Positions 37,954-47,010 of a stretch of 64,000 nt of DNA are shown here, one piece after another. Position 1 is the stretch's first letter; every line of letters begins with the position of its first letter. Source of the stretch: Candidatus Nitrosocosmicus sp. (lineage in GTDB: Archaea > Thermoproteota > Nitrososphaeria > Nitrososphaerales > Nitrososphaeraceae). The stretch is taken from assembly GCA_031177355.1 (NCBI GenBank), contig JAPSGR010000002.1, forward strand, positions 34,161 to 98,160, given 5' to 3'. The position numbers and the translations under genes are program-made. Under the pieces are notes generated by a model. That model had not been told where the DNA came from. It made no database searches and saw only the letters and a list, made by a program, of their open reading frames with translations.

Positions 37954-40815
37954 TTAGCTTTCCCAGAATCCCCTAGTCATTACATATTGTTTCTCTGCTT
38001 CGTAGACCGCCTTTAATAAATTATCATCATCAGTATAATTTCGTAATATTCGCGCACATGTGTCAACACCAATACCATGACCAGATAACACAAATATGGC
38101 TAACTTACCAAAGTTATTTATTAGTGACGCCAATTTCCAGGCTCTATCAAATCTGTTGATTTCTTCCTTTGAGAGAGTACCCCCAACTAATTTACGACTA
38201 ATAATATTCCTCAAGTCATCGTCCTTCCAAAATGTTGCAGCGATTAATTTCGATTTACAGTATGGACAACCCAGTTTTGGGGGTATTTCTTGAGTTTCGT
38301 ATATTCGTTCCCATCGTGCACATCTAACACAAATCAATTTGTGTTTAGTTTTTGTCAAGCGTTCTCGTATTAATTCAAGAATTCCATTCTCCATGCCTTG
38401 AGGTGATGAAATAGTCTTCTTAGATTTTGACAAAATTGGCTGGGACAAGCCAGAAAATTGATCGCTATCAATCCAACATAATTTAATGGATCCTGATTTA
38501 ATTTTTTCAATAATGCGTGATGTACCTTGGATATCAAATTTATCATGTATTAATTCTCTTATGGATTCTTTGCTCACCGCTGTTTTACGATATTTCTCAT
38601 ATAGCATACGAGCCATCCTTTTGTCGTAAACTGAATCCTTTTTGATGATCCCAAATCTTTTTGCCACCATCCACACCTTCCAATTTATATTGTATGTACC
38701 AGTAAAGGAGGCTATCAAGACGGATTCGATATCAAATTCGTTTTCAAACAACTGTAAGATATGATTTTCCCTTAATCTTGTGTTTAAAGAGCTTAACAAA
38801 ATCCTATAAGGGTCAGATCGGTATTCAACTTCATAACCTGTCTTTGAAGATATAAATGTAGAAAAGAGAGATCCTAAGGTGTTATTTATTTTAGATCCAA
38901 ATGTACTATGAATAACTACAACGTTGTCTGAAGGCTTTGACTCAATGACGATGTTATGTGAATCTGGAATAATTTTCAATGGTTTCATATATTCATTCAG
39001 TTTAGTTATTAGCTCTGGAGTAAGATGATGCAGTATACTTGTAAGACCAGGTTGTCTGGCTCGCAAGCTCATTCTTATTTTGCCAACCAACACAGCCGTT
39101 TCGTAATCGACAGGAATCATTTCGCCTACCCAATAAGGGATATTTATTGGGGCCCCGTTAAGAGGTTCAACATGAACTTGAAATTTTCCCTCATTAACTG
39201 CTAGGATTCTCCATTGGGAGCCTTTTAATACAAAGACATTGCCTCTTTCTCCATAATCCCCTACAAATTGCTGGTCTAAAGTCCCTATTCTCTTATTAGA
39301 TATAGAGTCGATTACTTCAAATTTTACCACATGGGGTATTGTAGAGACATTCTCATAATAGTAAATATATGATCTTCCGGTTCTCGAAATAAGATTATTT
39401 TCATGATCCAATTTAACGAGATAATTATTTGCCAAAATGCTTAAGCAATCTTTGAAATCAAAGTAAGTTAATGACTTAAATAGAAAAGATGAAGACAAAA
39501 CTTCATAAAGCCTAGTCAATTCTAATTTTTCTCGACTCTGTAAGACGGCACCCACTATATTATGGGCTAACACGTCAAGAGAACATTGATGAGGGGTCTG
39601 TTCTTCAATGGAGCCACTATTTACTCTCTGTATAATACTCAAAGACTCAATAAAGTCATCATAATTATTGGTCAAAATCAAACCCTTTGCTGATGAGTTA
39701 CGCGTGTGCCTGCTTCGTCCTATCCGTTGAATTAGTTTTGAAACTTGTCTTGGAGAGCCATAATGAATTACTAGATCAATAGACCCGATATCTAAACCAA
39801 GCTCCAAAGAGGATGTACACACTACAATTCCATCAAAACCTTTTCGAAGAAAATCCTCTGTTTCTTCTCTCACATCTCTAGATAAAGAACCGTGATGTAC
39901 ATGAATTTCGACTACTTTTTGATTTTTCAGTATGGTTCCCATGAATTCTGATTCATCTCGAGTATTTGTAAAAAGTAATACGGATGATCCAGGATGATTA
40001 GTGGACACATATTCAAGTATATAATCAGAAACATCTTTGATCGAACCTTCGATATGTTTAAGTTCAAGGTCATATTTTCGAAGACTTTTATCAATCAGAA
40101 TTGCGCACTTTCTTTGATTTCCAACAAGAAAATTAGCAGTAGTAGAAATATCACCAATAGTAGCAGAAATTCCAATTCTACAGAAACCAGAATTATATAG
40201 AGTCAATCTCTCCAATGCTAATGAAAGATAAGCACCCCGTTTTGATGGGATTATTTCATGTATTTCATCAATAATTACCCATTGGACGGATTTTAACAAA
40301 TCGCTCATTTTTTCATTGACCAGCATTATTCCCAAAGATTCTGGTGTAGTAATTAGTATCTCAGGAGGAGTTTCAATAATCTTTTTTCGTCTAGAATAAG
40401 GAGTGTCCCCATGTCGTACGTCAACAGACAAATTTTCTGCGGTGGCATACTTGATGATTCTTCTCAATACATCGTTGTTTAATGAGCGCTGAGGTGTAAT
40501 ATACAAACATTTAATTCCGTTATTTTTTTCTAATCTGTCCTTTCCTAAAATCTTCTCATTGCTTAGAATGCTAATAACAGGAATAATTGCAGCTTCGGTC
40601 TTTCCAGAGCCGGTTGGAGCTACTAACAATGAATTTTTTCTGCGGGCTAATACCTTGTAAGATTGATCCTGTATTGATGTTAAACGTTCGAAAGATTCCT
40701 TTGTAAATTTGTTTAAAATTAATCGTTCTACTTGAGCGTAATGTTCATTCAACTTTATCAATTTGTGATTTGTTTTTGTTCTTAGAGGTCTTCCTTCCAA
40801 CTTTTCCGGATCCAC
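37954..40815 (-). CDS. lhr: Lhr-family SF2 DNA/RNA helicase with C-terminal Cys4 ribbon; true start probably a TTG near 40750
   Basis: APTGSGKT, HGDT, ITTPESL, DEIH, SAT, HHGSL, SSLELGLD, QRIGRS and P.W.GE motifs; C-terminal CVRC...CPYC. Confidence 0.93.
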   Translation of the reverse strand: MDPEKLEGRPLRTKTNHKLIKLNEHYAQVERLILNKFTKESFERLTSIQDQSYKVLARRKNSLLVAPTGSGKTEAAIIPVISILSNEKILGKDRLEKNNGIKCLYITPQRSLNNDVLRRIIKYATAENLSVDVRHGDTPYSRRKKIIETPPEILITTPESLGIMLVNEKMSDLLKSVQWVIIDEIHEIIPSKRGAYLSLALERLTLYNSGFCRIGISATIGDISTTANFLVGNQRKCAILIDKSLRKYDLELKHIEGSIKDVSDYILEYVSTNHPGSSVLLFTNTRDESEFMGTILKNQKVVEIHVHHGSLSRDVREETEDFLRKGFDGIVVCTSSLELGLDIGSIDLVIHYGSPRQVSKLIQRIGRSRHTRNSSAKGLILTNNYDDFIESLSIIQRVNSGSIEEQTPHQCSLDVLAHNIVGAVLQSREKLELTRLYEVLSSSFLFKSLTYFDFKDCLSILANNYLVKLDHENNLISRTGRSYIYYYENVSTIPHVVKFEVIDSISNKRIGTLDQQFVGDYGERGNVFVLKGSQWRILAVNEGKFQVHVEPLNGAPINIPYWVGEMIPVDYETAVLVGKIRMSLRARQPGLTSILHHLTPELITKLNEYMKPLKIIPDSHNIVIESKPSDNVVVIHSTFGSKINNTLGSLFSTFISSKTGYEVEYRSDPYRILLSSLNTRLRENHILQLFENEFDIESVLIASFTGTYNINWKVWMVAKRFGIIKKDSVYDKRMARMLYEKYRKTAVSKESIRELIHDKFDIQGTSRIIEKIKSGSIKLCWIDSDQFSGLSQPILSKSKKTISSPQGMENGILELIRERLTKTKHKLICVRCARWERIYETQEIPPKLGCPYCKSKLIAATFWKDDDLRNIISRKLVGGTLSKEEINRFDRAWKLASLINNFGKLAIFVLSGHGIGVDTCARILRNYTDDDNLLKAVYEAEKQYVMTRGFWES

Positions 40816-40942
40816 TGATGGTTTCGACTTTCTTTCTTTCTCCTTTTAAAATCATAAACTCATAAGTGAAAATAAGTATTAAAGCGGTAATGAAAATTAC
40901 TAGAGATGAAGAAAAGACCATAGTATCAAACAAGTCGGCCAT
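40745..40942 (-). CDS. Small single-TM membrane protein
   Basis: One hydrophobic helix followed by a Lys-rich tail; its stop overlaps the probable lhr start. Confidence 0.5.
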   Translation of the reverse strand: MADLFDTMVFSSSLVIFITALILIFTYEFMILKGERKKVETISGSGKVGRKTSKNKNKSQIDKVE

Positions 40943-41069
40943 TATGCTAACAATAATTTTAAGCAGTCAACATATAAATATGTTAAATCTAAATATTTTC
41001 ACTTAAATAGGTTTTTATATATAATAGTTCTTTGTTAATTGTTTTACTATTTGGTTTTAATCAGGAACT

Positions 41070-42971
41070 GTGATTATTATGTACTCGAGGTCGTCTGAGT
41101 CGAATCCCAATATGCAAGAAACACAATCTGTTATGGCAACAATTCTTCAAAATTTGCCTCGAGAATGTTCTTTGACAAAGATAGAATATGAAGGTCCAAG
41201 GATAGCACTTCACACCAACAATCCAAAATTTTTGCTAGAGAATAACAAGATTCTCGCCAACATAGTTGCGCAGATTAAAAAGAGAATAGTATTACGAATA
41301 GATGAAACCATAAGAGTTGAGGAAGAAAAGGTAAGAAAAATTGCTGAAAAATATATAACCAGCAAATACAATATTTCCGATATTCTGTTTGATCCAGCCC
41401 TTGGAGAAGCAGTAATTTTCCTAAAAAAATCAGAGACAAATAATATCGATAGTATTGTTAATCAAATAACCTTAGAGACTGGTTGGAAAACAACATTTAG
41501 AAAAACTCCAAAGATAATTTCCTCTATAAAATCAATAAATAAAATCGCAAAGGATTCCTCGGATTATAGAATTCAGTTTTATAAAAGAGTTGGCGAAAAG
41601 ATTTTTAGAGAAAAAATAGATCCTAATGTAGAAACAAGTTTAATATCCCTAGGAGGATTTGCAGAGATAGGCCGATCTGCCATGCTATTGAGCACCAATG
41701 AAAGTAATGTCCTCCTGGACTGTGGATTGAACAGTTATACTAACGATCCGCTTTTGAAATTCCCCAGATTTGACTCGATTGGTATGAAACTTTCAGAGAT
41801 TGATGCGGTATTATTAAGCCATGCACATTTTGATCATACTGGGTTTCTGCCAATTTTGTTCAAATATGGATATAAAGGTCCAGTATATTGTACAGAACCA
41901 ACAGCATACTTAATGTATATACTTTTTAGAGAACATGTAAAAAATAATGGGGTATATGCAAATTATATTGATAAAGACTATGAAAAGATTTTCTCACACC
42001 TAATCTATTTAAATTATAACGTAGTCACTGATCTCACTCCAGATATCAAGGTTACACCATATAATGCAGGACATATCCTCGGATCATCATCATTTCACTT
42101 TCATATAGGCAATGGGGATCATAATTTTGTTTACACTGGAGATATTAAATTTGGGAAAAGCTCATATTTAGAAAATGCCGTATGGAATTTTCCTCGAGTC
42201 GAAACCCTGTTAATCGAAGGGACAAACGGTGGAAGAGAAGATTCTTATTCAGCTAGGGAGGAAGCAGATTCCAAATTAATAGAAGAATTGAATCACATAA
42301 TAAAAGATAAGAAAATTATGTTGATGCCAACTCAATTGATCGGAACCTCGCAGGAATTAATAATAACATTAGACCATTTTATGAAAGAGAAGAAAATTAA
42401 GAAATGCAAAATATTCATGGACGAAATATTGTCAGAGATAAATTCTATTCATGAGTATGATTCAGAATTCCTTAATAAGGATTTGCATGTGAGTATTATG
42501 TCAGGAGAATATAACCCGTTTCGATCAAGAGTCATTTCTGTAATTTCAGATATCGAAAAACAGGAATTAAGCCCCGGAATAGTAATTTGCCCATCGTCAA
42601 TGTTAAATTGTAATCAAAGCTTCAGGTATCTAAAGAGAATAGCAACCGACCCAGAGAATTTAATCATTTTTACATCCAAACCCAATGGACCTAGTATGGC
42701 TAAGCAAATCATTGATGGAAAAAGAATATTTTCAAATGGAAAGGAAGAGATTGATATAAAATGTAGGATAGAAACTCTATATGCACTAAGTTCACATTCA
42801 GATTTTAATCAGCTCAATGCATATATTTCTAGACTGAGACCAAAGCTCAAAAAAATAATTGTTAATCATGGAGAGAAGGCCAAGATTCAAAATTTCTCAA
42901 GTTACTCGAGTAAGGTCCACAACATTTCAACTCAATACATGCAAAATCAAGAGGCCATAAAATTATTATAG
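41070..42971 (+). CDS. aCPSF1-like beta-CASP ribonuclease (KH-MBL-betaCASP), divergent
   Basis: YEGP, LGGFAEIGRS, SHAHFDH, AGHILGS, YTGD, SSHSD and NHGE motifs, with N-terminal KH-like domains. Confidence 0.88.
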   Translation: MIIMYSRSSESNPNMQETQSVMATILQNLPRECSLTKIEYEGPRIALHTNNPKFLLENNKILANIVAQIKKRIVLRIDETIRVEEEKVRKIAEKYITSKYNISDILFDPALGEAVIFLKKSETNNIDSIVNQITLETGWKTTFRKTPKIISSIKSINKIAKDSSDYRIQFYKRVGEKIFREKIDPNVETSLISLGGFAEIGRSAMLLSTNESNVLLDCGLNSYTNDPLLKFPRFDSIGMKLSEIDAVLLSHAHFDHTGFLPILFKYGYKGPVYCTEPTAYLMYILFREHVKNNGVYANYIDKDYEKIFSHLIYLNYNVVTDLTPDIKVTPYNAGHILGSSSFHFHIGNGDHNFVYTGDIKFGKSSYLENAVWNFPRVETLLIEGTNGGREDSYSAREEADSKLIEELNHIIKDKKIMLMPTQLIGTSQELIITLDHFMKEKKIKKCKIFMDEILSEINSIHEYDSEFLNKDLHVSIMSGEYNPFRSRVISVISDIEKQELSPGIVICPSSMLNCNQSFRYLKRIATDPENLIIFTSKPNGPSMAKQIIDGKRIFSNGKEEIDIKCRIETLYALSSHSDFNQLNAYISRLRPKLKKIIVNHGEKAKIQNFSSYSSKVHNISTQYMQNQEAIKLL

Positions 42972-43009
42972 TTACGAATCTTAACTATGCGATTAGAATT
43001 ATTTTAATT

Positions 43010-43285
43010 TTATTCACCGTGCCAAATTTTAACATCAGGTGGTGTAAGTATAATTCTTTCTTCACCTAATCTCGCCATATCCCCTCCCAAAGATGTAACA
43101 GAATCATAGAGAACTTCAACGACATTTTTTAGGTCGCCAACATCTTTTTGAGCTAAAGGAGTTATCCTTATAATAATTATCATCTTTCTTTCGATATCCC
43201 TTTTAATATCGTCTAGATCCTTCGTATCACGCAAGGTAAACGTTTTTAAGTAAATATGTCGATTTTGGGGGTTTTTTGGTGACAT
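43010..43285 (-). CDS. sepF: Cell division protein SepF (archaeal, DUF552)
   Basis: DLDDIK......IIIIRITPL and GGDMARLGEERIILTPP pattern. Confidence 0.8.
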   Translation of the reverse strand: MSPKNPQNRHIYLKTFTLRDTKDLDDIKRDIERKMIIIIRITPLAQKDVGDLKNVVEVLYDSVTSLGGDMARLGEERIILTPPDVKIWHGE

Positions 43286-43368
43286 TTTATTAAGTGTGTT
43301 ATAAAATTATAGAAAAAATGATTAATATAAATATCGAAGAATTGTATTGATATATTTTGGTGGCAAAT

Positions 43369-44493
43369 TTAGATCCTGAATAGCTCTACTTCTTTATTAT
43401 CGCATCGTTGTGACGAAACCAATTTTGTCCAATTCCTTTTCTTATTCACAATTCTTACCTCATAAAAACAGTCTTGGACAGTATCTGAGTAACGTAAGGT
43501 TATCTTTATAGATCGTTCAAGTAATTTTTTATGTTTGCGCATGTCAGGTTTTATAGAAAATCTTAATATAGATACCGGTCCCGGAATGGAAATTGGTTGA
43601 ATGAGATAATCCATTTCCTCACAATAGGAAAGGAGCATTTCGTTTTCTGCATGATTTCTACCAACAACAAGTTTTGAATATGAATCTAGTCGGAAATGTC
43701 TTCCAATTTTTAAAAGGTCAACATCATTAAGACTCGGTTCTGACGCTTCATGCTCAAATAAATCTCTTACTCTTTTTGAGAATTGAGGATCTGTTAAAAG
43801 GCATCCTCCCGCCGAGTTGGGAGGATCCATTACACCATATTTAGTAGCCAGATCTAACTGTCCTCTTCTTGAACGCCCTCGAATTGATCCCAAGAGGGAA
43901 CGGTTTATTATTCCCTTAGATTCTACTTTTGTAGGAGTCATCAATTTAGCAGATAAGGGTCGCAAGACTTTTCCTTCCATATCAGTATTTTTTTCTATAA
44001 TTGACAAGGCGTTGGAATTCTGGCTCATAGGTCTTTGATGGAGTACCTCCCCAGTGATAACAAATGAAGCTCCAATTTTTTCCATGTGCTTCTTTGCCTC
44101 TTCATACATCATCATCCGGCAATCAATGCAAGGATTCATTCCAGAGCCATATCCATATTTTGGGTTTTTTAACATAGTTAGATATTCCTTACCCAAATAG
44201 ACTGTTTTCAAATTGATGTCTAGTTCGGTTGCAACTTCTAAAACCTTGTGGCCACATCCTTTACCACAATCAAAATCACAGAAAGGAGTTTTAATGGCTA
44301 CAGCCTCTACTTCGATTCCCTGTTCTTTCATCATTCTGACTGCTAACTGGCTATCTAATCCTCCAGAAAGCAATGCAACTGCCTTTATTTTGTCTTTTTG
44401 TTTATCACTGCGCGGATCGTCATGATCATCATAATCAGTCTTGGTTTTTTCTTCCGACTTTAATTCGGGTTTGGACATATTGTACGGGATCAT
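43369..44493 (-). CDS. PP-loop tRNA thiolation enzyme (ThiI/DUF814-like)
   Basis: LLSGGLDS, YG.GMNPCIDCR, TGEVL.QRPMSQ, GRSRR.Q, GGCLLTD and GRHFRL motifs. Confidence 0.8.
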   Translation of the reverse strand: MIPYNMSKPELKSEEKTKTDYDDHDDPRSDKQKDKIKAVALLSGGLDSQLAVRMMKEQGIEVEAVAIKTPFCDFDCGKGCGHKVLEVATELDINLKTVYLGKEYLTMLKNPKYGYGSGMNPCIDCRMMMYEEAKKHMEKIGASFVITGEVLHQRPMSQNSNALSIIEKNTDMEGKVLRPLSAKLMTPTKVESKGIINRSLLGSIRGRSRRGQLDLATKYGVMDPPNSAGGCLLTDPQFSKRVRDLFEHEASEPSLNDVDLLKIGRHFRLDSYSKLVVGRNHAENEMLLSYCEEMDYLIQPISIPGPVSILRFSIKPDMRKHKKLLERSIKITLRYSDTVQDCFYEVRIVNKKRNWTKLVSSQRCDNKEVELFRI

Positions 44494-44529
44494 TTCTTAT
44501 TGATTAGCGACATCTTTATACTTAGCTAT

Positions 44530-44901
44530 TTACGTCAGTATTTCTTTTGACGGTAATTTTTTTAGAATACAATCATCCGTGATATTTCTTTGAAAAAGAC
44601 GAATTTTATTCTTTACATGTCTGAGAGTTCCGGATACAGAGACAATAATTAATTCTTGGCTAATCAGATATAAAGAAATTAAGGTATCAGATAGAGAATC
44701 GAGAGAACATTTTAGTAACAATATATTGTCAATGGGATTCTTCGTTTTTACAAGACGAGTAAGAGAATTGGAATATCCTATGGTTCCAAATAACTCGATA
44801 TACCGGGTAGAAAATTCTATAAAAATGTTGTCTGGAAAAAAAGAAGATTTACATGGAAAAAATACTGCAATATAACGGAATTTTTTCTTATTCAGTGTCA
44901 T
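44530..44901 (-). CDS. RNase P protein component Pop5/Rpp14
   Basis: KKKFRYI N-terminus and VSGTL motif; adjacent to rpp30. Confidence 0.65.
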   Translation of the reverse strand: MTLNKKKFRYIAVFFPCKSSFFPDNIFIEFSTRYIELFGTIGYSNSLTRLVKTKNPIDNILLLKCSLDSLSDTLISLYLISQELIIVSVSGTLRHVKNKIRLFQRNITDDCILKKLPSKEILT

Positions 44902-45484
44902 ATATTACTCCTCTATTTTTATTTTCTAACCAACTACACAAACTGGACCAATATTCGGCCGTAGAGATATTCATTTTATTTAATATAGAATCAATGATTC
45001 TAGGTGGTACCAACTCATAGATATTACTTGCTCCACTAGATAGAATGAGCTGGTGTCTGTACTTTTTACACATATGATATAAATGCTTGACATTAGAAAA
45101 CCATTTTCCTATTTCATGAGAATTAAGGTATTTTAAGTTTGAAAGTAGGAATTCGAATCCTATATTTTTTCCAGATAATTTTTGTAAAAGGGGCTTGTAG
45201 TTCAATGGCTCAGTTACTACAAGAACATCATATCCTGAATGCTTCATATCGAACTTATTATCAAGAATCTCATAAAGTAAGTACATGTAATCATTATTTA
45301 ACTTCAATTTGTGATTCTCGCTATTTTTGACCTTCATAATTACAGAACCTCTGTTCAAATTTTTCATTTTATCATTAGGTATACCGATAGTGTTGACGTA
45401 AAAATACCTTTTTATAAATGTCAAAGTATTTTCATCGCATTCAAAGTTTATAGATAAATCAATAATGCCGCTGAATTTAGTCAA
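44888..45484 (-). CDS. RNase P protein component Rpp30 (divergent)
   Basis: IGFEFLLS and LILSSGA...YELVPP motifs; synteny with Pop5 and the RNA-binding protein. Confidence 0.7.
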   Translation of the reverse strand: MTKFSGIIDLSINFECDENTLTFIKRYFYVNTIGIPNDKMKNLNRGSVIMKVKNSENHKLKLNNDYMYLLYEILDNKFDMKHSGYDVLVVTEPLNYKPLLQKLSGKNIGFEFLLSNLKYLNSHEIGKWFSNVKHLYHMCKKYRHQLILSSGASNIYELVPPRIIDSILNKMNISTAEYWSSLCSWLENKNRGVIYDTE

Positions 45485-45495
45485 TCCTATTCATC

Positions 45496-45885
45496 TTATT
45501 TTTCAAACTTTCCTTTACGTCTAAAAATTATTCTAACTGAATCATTATCGGATAGACGGACTTTTCCTAAACAAAATTTCTGTTTATCTAATCTCACATA
45601 TATCGATCCCTTCTCATCAACGTTATTTTTAAGATATAGATCGATTTCTATCTCCCCGTAGATTCCCTTAAGTTCATTCATGAGAATTTCAAAATAATTA
45701 TCTATGTATTTTGTCAAAGTGATATTGATGCGAGTAATTGGATTTTTCCAATGACCTTCCGTTTTCACAATTTTGATTTGTTTTGAAGTAGATGACTTTT
45801 CAAAATATTCTAAAATGTATTGTATAATTTTGTTATCATCTTCAGTTGCATGCGCAAGTATCGAAATATCGAGAGATGAAAACAA
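45496..45885 (-). CDS. RNA-binding domain protein (DUF54 / PF01877-like)
   Basis: HATED..KI, GHWKNPI and YVRLDKQ motifs. Confidence 0.8.
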   Translation of the reverse strand: MFSSLDISILAHATEDDNKIIQYILEYFEKSSTSKQIKIVKTEGHWKNPITRINITLTKYIDNYFEILMNELKGIYGEIEIDLYLKNNVDEKGSIYVRLDKQKFCLGKVRLSDNDSVRIIFRRKGKFEK

Positions 45886-45902
45886 TGTTTCAGATGGTAA
45901 TC

Positions 45903-46631
45903 CTATGCTTCTTTCTCTTCTGGTAATTCTTCTTCGAGATCTTCATTGACTCCGTCTGTTGATGCAGGTTCAGCCTCCGGTAGATTATCCGAATTCGAGT
46001 CCAATTGTGTCTCTTCTGACTTGAGAGGAGATGAAATCAATTTAGTCTTACGTACACCAACGTGTCTAATAATTGCGATCTTTCTTGCTTCCTCCATCAT
46101 GTCAGATCCCATCTTTCCCATAGTTGCCTCTTTGACAAAGTCATTGAGAGACAAAGTTGGGATTTTTTCTCTTAATAATCGATCCATCGATAATCGAATT
46201 TCATGTTTTTTTGCAGAATTGATTCTTCTTTGAGTGAATGCCGTAACTGAAACTCTAAACACATATCCATCACTTGTTGTATATTCATCTACAAAATTTA
46301 TCATCGAGCTGCCTCGTCTGATTAAACTTCTTAAGAATTCTTTAGCATATTCATGGCCCTTAAATATTGTCGAAGCAATTCCCGCATTAATCCTGTCTAT
46401 TTGAACAAAAATCTTTGTTTGATGCTGCGTTGGGTCTTGTTTAAGCATATCGTACAATGTATTTTCAATTACTCTCCCCTTTGCATTGGTTGCATCTGAA
46501 ATTGGAATATAATTAAGGGGGACTTGATCAAAAGCCGGCGGAGCATTGACTACAATCCATTGTTTATCTCTCCATTTATCACGGACCCTTCCCCCTCTTC
46601 TGGAACCTTTTGCCATATTCAGGCAATCCAC
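45903..46631 (-). CDS. rps3ae: 30S ribosomal protein eS1 (S3Ae) with acidic C-terminal tail
   Basis: RDKWRDKQW..V.AP, F.GHEYAKEFLRSLIRRGSS and K.KL motifs. Confidence 0.93.
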   Translation of the reverse strand: MDCLNMAKGSRRGGRVRDKWRDKQWIVVNAPPAFDQVPLNYIPISDATNAKGRVIENTLYDMLKQDPTQHQTKIFVQIDRINAGIASTIFKGHEYAKEFLRSLIRRGSSMINFVDEYTTSDGYVFRVSVTAFTQRRINSAKKHEIRLSMDRLLREKIPTLSLNDFVKEATMGKMGSDMMEEARKIAIIRHVGVRKTKLISSPLKSEETQLDSNSDNLPEAEPASTDGVNEDLEEELPEEKEA

Positions 46632-47010
46632 GAATCCAAAATATAAGTGATGCTAACTTTTAGAGTATTTGACTTCAAAATATAAATAGATTTACAAAAC
46701 TAAAGGTCCTCATTAATGAATGTAAATTAGAATACTGCCTAGAATAGGTAGTGATAATCGCAAACATTGTAAATGTATCTGACCCCATAACTAGTATAAT
46801 CTATACCACATTTAACTAACAGAGTTACCCAAGATGTGCCACTTATCAATGTATTGTCGGTATATAGAGTATGATATTTGAGGTGGACTATGAAAATTTG
46901 CTCAATTAGTCTCATCTAATATAATAATATTTAGGTTTGAATAACAATCCGCAAACTAAATTAGAGTAAAAAAAGTATATAACAAAAAGTTGAGATTCTA
47001 TTAGCATCCT

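Noticed and set aside
40753-40815. N-terminal extension of lhr
   Set aside because: It overlaps the small membrane ORF by 71 bp; a TTG overlapping that ORF's stop is a more plausible start.
46744-46788. Second box C/D-like element (GTGATAA...CTGA-CCCC) upstream of rps3ae
   Set aside because: Box C is imperfect, there are no recognisable D'/C' boxes, C and D are only about 20 nt apart, and the terminal stem is weak.
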